Part shown: positions 60,969 through 64,000 of the stretch, one piece after another
Layout of the letters: each line of letters opens with the position of its first letter
Position numbering within the stretch: the first letter of the stretch is position 1
Assembly (NCBI GenBank): GCA_949297765.1
Contig: CASFTV010000008.1
Location: forward strand, 2,137-66,136
From: an uncultured bacterium
GTDB taxonomy: Bacteria > Verrucomicrobiota > Lentisphaeria > Victivallales > UBA1829
Reading direction: 5' to 3'
DNA: 64,000 nt
Position numbers and translations under genes: made by a program
Notes under the pieces: generated by a model
The model's input: the letters and a program-made list of their open reading frames with translations, nothing else
Told to the model about the DNA's origin: nothing
Database searches by the model: none

Positions 60969-60991
60969 AATGCATTTTGCATTGAATGCAA
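60969..60991. promoter_or_regulatory. Adjacent palindromes AATGCATT + TTGCATTGAATGCAA in divergent promoter region
   Basis: An 8-bp perfect palindrome is immediately followed by a 15-bp perfect palindrome. They lie between the exbB-like start (60915) and the ROK kinase start (61059). Confidence 0.5.
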
Positions 60992-61058
60992 CTTGAAGAA
61001 TCAAAAAATCCGGCATATAGTTATAAAAAATATGAAACTGCAGGAAGGAGCAGAAAAG

Positions 61059-62057
61059 ATGAACAAACCGTTTCCGGTTCTCGGATTCGATATCGGCGGA
61101 ACCAAAATCGCAATTTGCCTTGCAATGAGCGACGGGACCGTGGTCGCGTCGGGACGTGTCGACAACAAAATGAAGAAACCGGATGAGGTTCTTCCGCAGG
61201 TCGTCGCCGAGGGAGAACGCATTCTCGCCTCCGCGGGCGTGTCGAAACAGGAGCTCCGGGCAATCGGCATCAGCTCTCCTTCGCCGATGGACTTTGAAAA
61301 AGGACTCATCTGCAACCCCTGCAACCTCAACGGCTGGATCGACGTTCCGATCCGCGACTACCTCGGCAAAGCCTTTGAAACGGAAGCCTTCTTCGACAAC
61401 GATGCAAACGGCGCCGGACTGGCCGAATGGTTTTTCGGTGCGGGCAAAGGCACACAGGACATGATCTACCTGACCATGAGCACCGGCATCGGCGGCGGCA
61501 TCATCGCGGGCGGGAAACTGCTCCGCGGCAAACACAATCTCGCCGGAGAAGTCGGCCACATGAGCCTCGACGGAAACGGTCTCAAATGCAACTGCGGACT
61601 GGTCGGCTGCTACGAAGCCTACTGCGGCGGCGTGGCAATGGCCAACAACCTGCGCAGAGAACTCGCCGGAAAACCGGACAGCATGATTGTCCGGCTGGCG
61701 GGAGGAGATTACAGCAAAATCGACGCGATCTGCCTGGAAAAGGCGATCCGCGCCGGGGATGCCTATGCGCTGGAGTTCTGGGACAAGGTCATGGAACGCA
61801 ACGCCCAGGCAATGGGGGCGCTGATCAATATCTTCAATCCGGAAATGATCGTCCTTGGAACGATTGTCAAGAGCATGGGGCCGCTGTTCATGGATCCGCT
61901 GATGGAAAAACTGCCGAAATACACCTGGCCGCAGAACATCCGCGCATGCAAGTTCGCCGTGACCGGTCTTTCCGGCCGGAGCGGCGGAGAGCTTGCAGGC
62001 GCAGCGATCGCGCTGAACTTCCTCTACGAGCGCGGCGACTGGCAGCTGCCGTGGTGA
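61059..62057 (+). CDS. ROK-family sugar kinase (no N-terminal HTH)
   Basis: Trimmed to ATG 61059 (GGAAGGAG upstream). LGFDIGGTK ATP-binding start, the ROK zinc motif CNCGLVGCYEAYC, and GEVGHM. Confidence 0.85.
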   Translation: MNKPFPVLGFDIGGTKIAICLAMSDGTVVASGRVDNKMKKPDEVLPQVVAEGERILASAGVSKQELRAIGISSPSPMDFEKGLICNPCNLNGWIDVPIRDYLGKAFETEAFFDNDANGAGLAEWFFGAGKGTQDMIYLTMSTGIGGGIIAGGKLLRGKHNLAGEVGHMSLDGNGLKCNCGLVGCYEAYCGGVAMANNLRRELAGKPDSMIVRLAGGDYSKIDAICLEKAIRAGDAYALEFWDKVMERNAQAMGALINIFNPEMIVLGTIVKSMGPLFMDPLMEKLPKYTWPQNIRACKFAVTGLSGRSGGELAGAAIALNFLYERGDWQLPW

Positions 62058-62079
62058 CCCGAAGGACCGCGGAGATCCC

Positions 62080-62574
62080 ATGCGAGCCGATCTGAAAAGC
62101 AAATACTCCTGCAGACGGAAACGGGACTATGTGACCCTGTCCGCCGTGCTGATGTTCGCCCTGATCGTTCTGTTTGAGCTTTATCTGATTTTCTGGCTTC
62201 CGATCCAGCTTCGGCAGGAGAATGCGATGATTCTGCATGTTTCCCGTCAGCGCGTCACGGAGTATGCGGATACCCTGCGCAACATCTGCAAAGACCTCAA
62301 GCGGAAGGATTCCGAGGAGAAGGGGGAAATTGCCCTGATCCAGTCTACGCTGGACGTTCTGGCGATCTACATCCGGGAAAATCAGGAGCATCTGAACATG
62401 GGCCAGCTGCGGGAGCTGGAACAGACCATGAACCGGATCGCCGCTCTTGTGCAGGGATGGCAGGAAAACCGCTTTGTCATCCGGCGGGAGACGTTCGACA
62501 CAACCTCGCTCCGGAAAGCGCTTGAGGAAAAACTGCGCCGTTTCGACAAGCAGCTCCCGCAAAAATTGAAATAA
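62080..62574 (+). CDS. Hypothetical membrane-anchored coiled-coil protein
   Basis: 164 aa. One TM segment (VTLSAVLMFALIVLFELYLIFWL). GGAGA RBS. No motif. Confidence 0.5.
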   Translation: MRADLKSKYSCRRKRDYVTLSAVLMFALIVLFELYLIFWLPIQLRQENAMILHVSRQRVTEYADTLRNICKDLKRKDSEEKGEIALIQSTLDVLAIYIRENQEHLNMGQLRELEQTMNRIAALVQGWQENRFVIRRETFDTTSLRKALEEKLRRFDKQLPQKLK

Positions 62575-62591
62575 GGGGAAAAAACGAAATC

Positions 62592-63617
62592 ATGCAGATT
62601 ACCTGTCAGCGCCTGAAGGAGATTCTCGACCGGGCGAAAAAACTGAGGATCGCCGTGCTTGGAGATCTGATGGTGGACGTATACCTGATCGGTTCCGCCG
62701 ACCGCATGTCCCAGGAAGCACCGGTTCCGGTCCTCCGGGTCCGGAAAACCGAACAGCGTCCGGGCGGCGCGGCCAATGTGATGCGGAACATCACATCGTT
62801 TGGAGCAAAGGCGGTTGCCTTCGGAGTGATCGGAGAGGATGCCGCGGGGGAAGAACTCCGGAAACTCCTCGCCGGAAGCGGGATCGACGCCACACGGCTC
62901 ACCGTCGACAAAAACCGGAAAACCACCGAGAAAATGCGCGTCATGACCGCCAATCAGCAGATTGTGCGGGTGGATTTTGAAGATGTGTTTCCCGTTTCAA
63001 AAACGGTTGCCGCGAAAATAGAACGGCAGCTTTCCGCCCTGATCCGCGGAAAGAAAATCGACGCGCTGATCTTCGAGGATTACAACAAGGGCCTGCTCGA
63101 CCGGGACACCATTCAGCGGCTTGCCGATCTTGCCCGGGCACATGGAATCATCACCGCACTGGATCCGCATCCGGGGCATCCGATGGAGATTCAGAATCTT
63201 TCTGTGATGACACCGAACCGCTCCGAAGCATTCGGACTGGCCGGCCGCTACTGCTATGATGCGGTCACACCGGTCGAACAGGACGAAAATCTGAAAACCG
63301 TGGCGACGCGCATTCTCAAAACCTGGAATGTGGAATCGCTTCTGATCACGCTCGGTCCGCAGGGCATGGCGCTGTTCCGGAAACGGAAACCGCTCCATGC
63401 GATTCCGACGAAAGCCAAAGAGGTGTTCGACGTTTCCGGGGCCGGAGATACGGTCATTGCGCTCTATACCCTCTGCCGCGCGGCGGGTGCCGACGAACAC
63501 GAAGCGGCGGAAATCGCCAATCATGCGGCGGGAATCGTCGTCGGGAAAATCGGGACCGCGGTCACCTCGCCGGAAGAACTTCTGCGCGTGTTCCAACGGG
63601 ATGGAAACGGGGAATGA
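62592..63617 (+). CDS. hldA: D-glycero-beta-D-manno-heptose-7-phosphate kinase (RfaE domain I type, PfkB family)
   Basis: LGDLMVDVY...QEAPVPVL...RPGGAANV N-terminal pattern of RfaE-I. PfkB motif DVSGAGDT. Confidence 0.75.
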   Translation: MQITCQRLKEILDRAKKLRIAVLGDLMVDVYLIGSADRMSQEAPVPVLRVRKTEQRPGGAANVMRNITSFGAKAVAFGVIGEDAAGEELRKLLAGSGIDATRLTVDKNRKTTEKMRVMTANQQIVRVDFEDVFPVSKTVAAKIERQLSALIRGKKIDALIFEDYNKGLLDRDTIQRLADLARAHGIITALDPHPGHPMEIQNLSVMTPNRSEAFGLAGRYCYDAVTPVEQDENLKTVATRILKTWNVESLLITLGPQGMALFRKRKPLHAIPTKAKEVFDVSGAGDTVIALYTLCRAAGADEHEAAEIANHAAGIVVGKIGTAVTSPEELLRVFQRDGNGE

Positions 63618-64000
63618 CAAAGCGGGAAACGATCCATCGGATTCATGATCTTCTCATGGCGGAATACGGCCCGCAGAAATGCGCGCTGGATCATGCGAAT
63701 GCGCTCCAGCTTCTGATTGCGACCATCCTTTCCGCCCAGTGCACGGACAAGATGGTCAATCTTGTGACGGTTGACCTGTTTGCGAAATACCGCACGGCGC
63801 AGGACTTTGCGAACGCCGATCCCGCCGAGCTGGAACAAATCATCCGCCGCTGCGGATATTACCGGGCAAAAGGAGCCAACATCATCGGCGCATGCAGGAA
63901 AATCGTCGCGGACTTCGGCGGAAAGGTCCCGGATACGATGGAGGAACTCACCACCCTGCCCGGAGTCGGACGGAAAACCGCAAACGTGGTGCTCGGCGAT
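63614..64000 (+). CDS. nth: Endonuclease III (partial, runs off window end)
   Basis: My translation from ATG 63614 (ATGA overlap with the hldA stop) gives MTKRETIHRIHDLLMAEYGPQKCALDHANALQLLIATILSAQCTD...LTTLPGVGRKTANVVLGD, which includes the HhH-GPD motif. Confidence 0.85.
   Translation, partial: MTKRETIHRIHDLLMAEYGPQKCALDHANALQLLIATILSAQCTDKMVNLVTVDLFAKYRTAQDFANADPAELEQIIRRCGYYRAKGANIIGACRKIVADFGGKVPDTMEELTTLPGVGRKTANVVLGD

Noticed and set aside
1-64000. Search for tRNA, rRNA, tmRNA, CRISPR arrays and known riboswitches in all intergenic gaps.
   Set aside because: No gap contains a cloverleaf-compatible 70-90-nt segment with a GTTCRA T-loop, or any repeat-spacer periodicity. The gaps are short (mostly under 150 bp) and are explained by promoters and terminators. 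The only long leaders (41330-41560, 26315-26458, 52630-52938) matched no riboswitch class I can recognise by eye, so an Infernal/Rfam scan is needed.

Overview
GC-rich (about 60% by eye, not computed), gene-dense chromosomal window. I count about 48 protein-coding genes. I saw no rRNA, tRNA, CRISPR array, transposase or integrase. Many long ORFs in the track are artefacts that lie codon-aligned and antisense to real genes. Several track starts are non-ATG or upstream extensions, and I trimmed these using RBS and overlap logic.

Content by region:
- 1-26.3 kb: a glycan-utilisation region built from repeated cassettes. Each has a LacI/GntR regulator, a very large signal-peptide-bearing clan GH-A hydrolase with CBM-like modules, and a prepilin-type (FTLIELL..., H-X9-DG class) pseudopilin-like gene. 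There are five such pilin-like genes in total. The region also holds a cytoplasmic beta-propeller (PL22-like), an alpha-galactosidase and an exported flavodoxin-like protein.
- 26.5-29.7 kb: a stand-alone SWIM + SNF2 helicase.
- 29.9-35.3 kb: one tightly packed minus-strand block (TadE-like, HldC, Mrp/ApbC, ribose-type ABC transporter).
- 35.4-39.7 kb: a PAS histidine kinase, a sigma54-dependent NtrC-type regulator and a GH20-like hydrolase, linked by ATGA start/stop overlaps.
- 39.8-51.7 kb: thrC, an IscU/NifU-like + GGGtGRT pair, a sialate O-acetylesterase-like gene, an AlbA_2/Schlafen-like protein, an OmpR-type two-component system, an orphan DPPY DNA methyltransferase and a CE7-like esterase.
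- 51.7-64 kb: a membrane protein, a NYN-cold-shock-domain fusion, mlaEFD, an ExbB/ExbD/TonB-like operon ending in a membrane-anchored family-5 solute-binding protein, a ROK kinase, hldA and partial nth.

Lineage inference: the pilin-like family and gene content suggest the PVC superphylum (Lentisphaerota/Kiritimatiellota/Planctomycetota-like) and probably an anaerobic glycan degrader.

The most interesting signal is the iterated pairing of a private pseudopilin-like gene with each secreted hydrolase. All five pilin-like proteins also lack the canonical Gly at the prepilin cleavage position.
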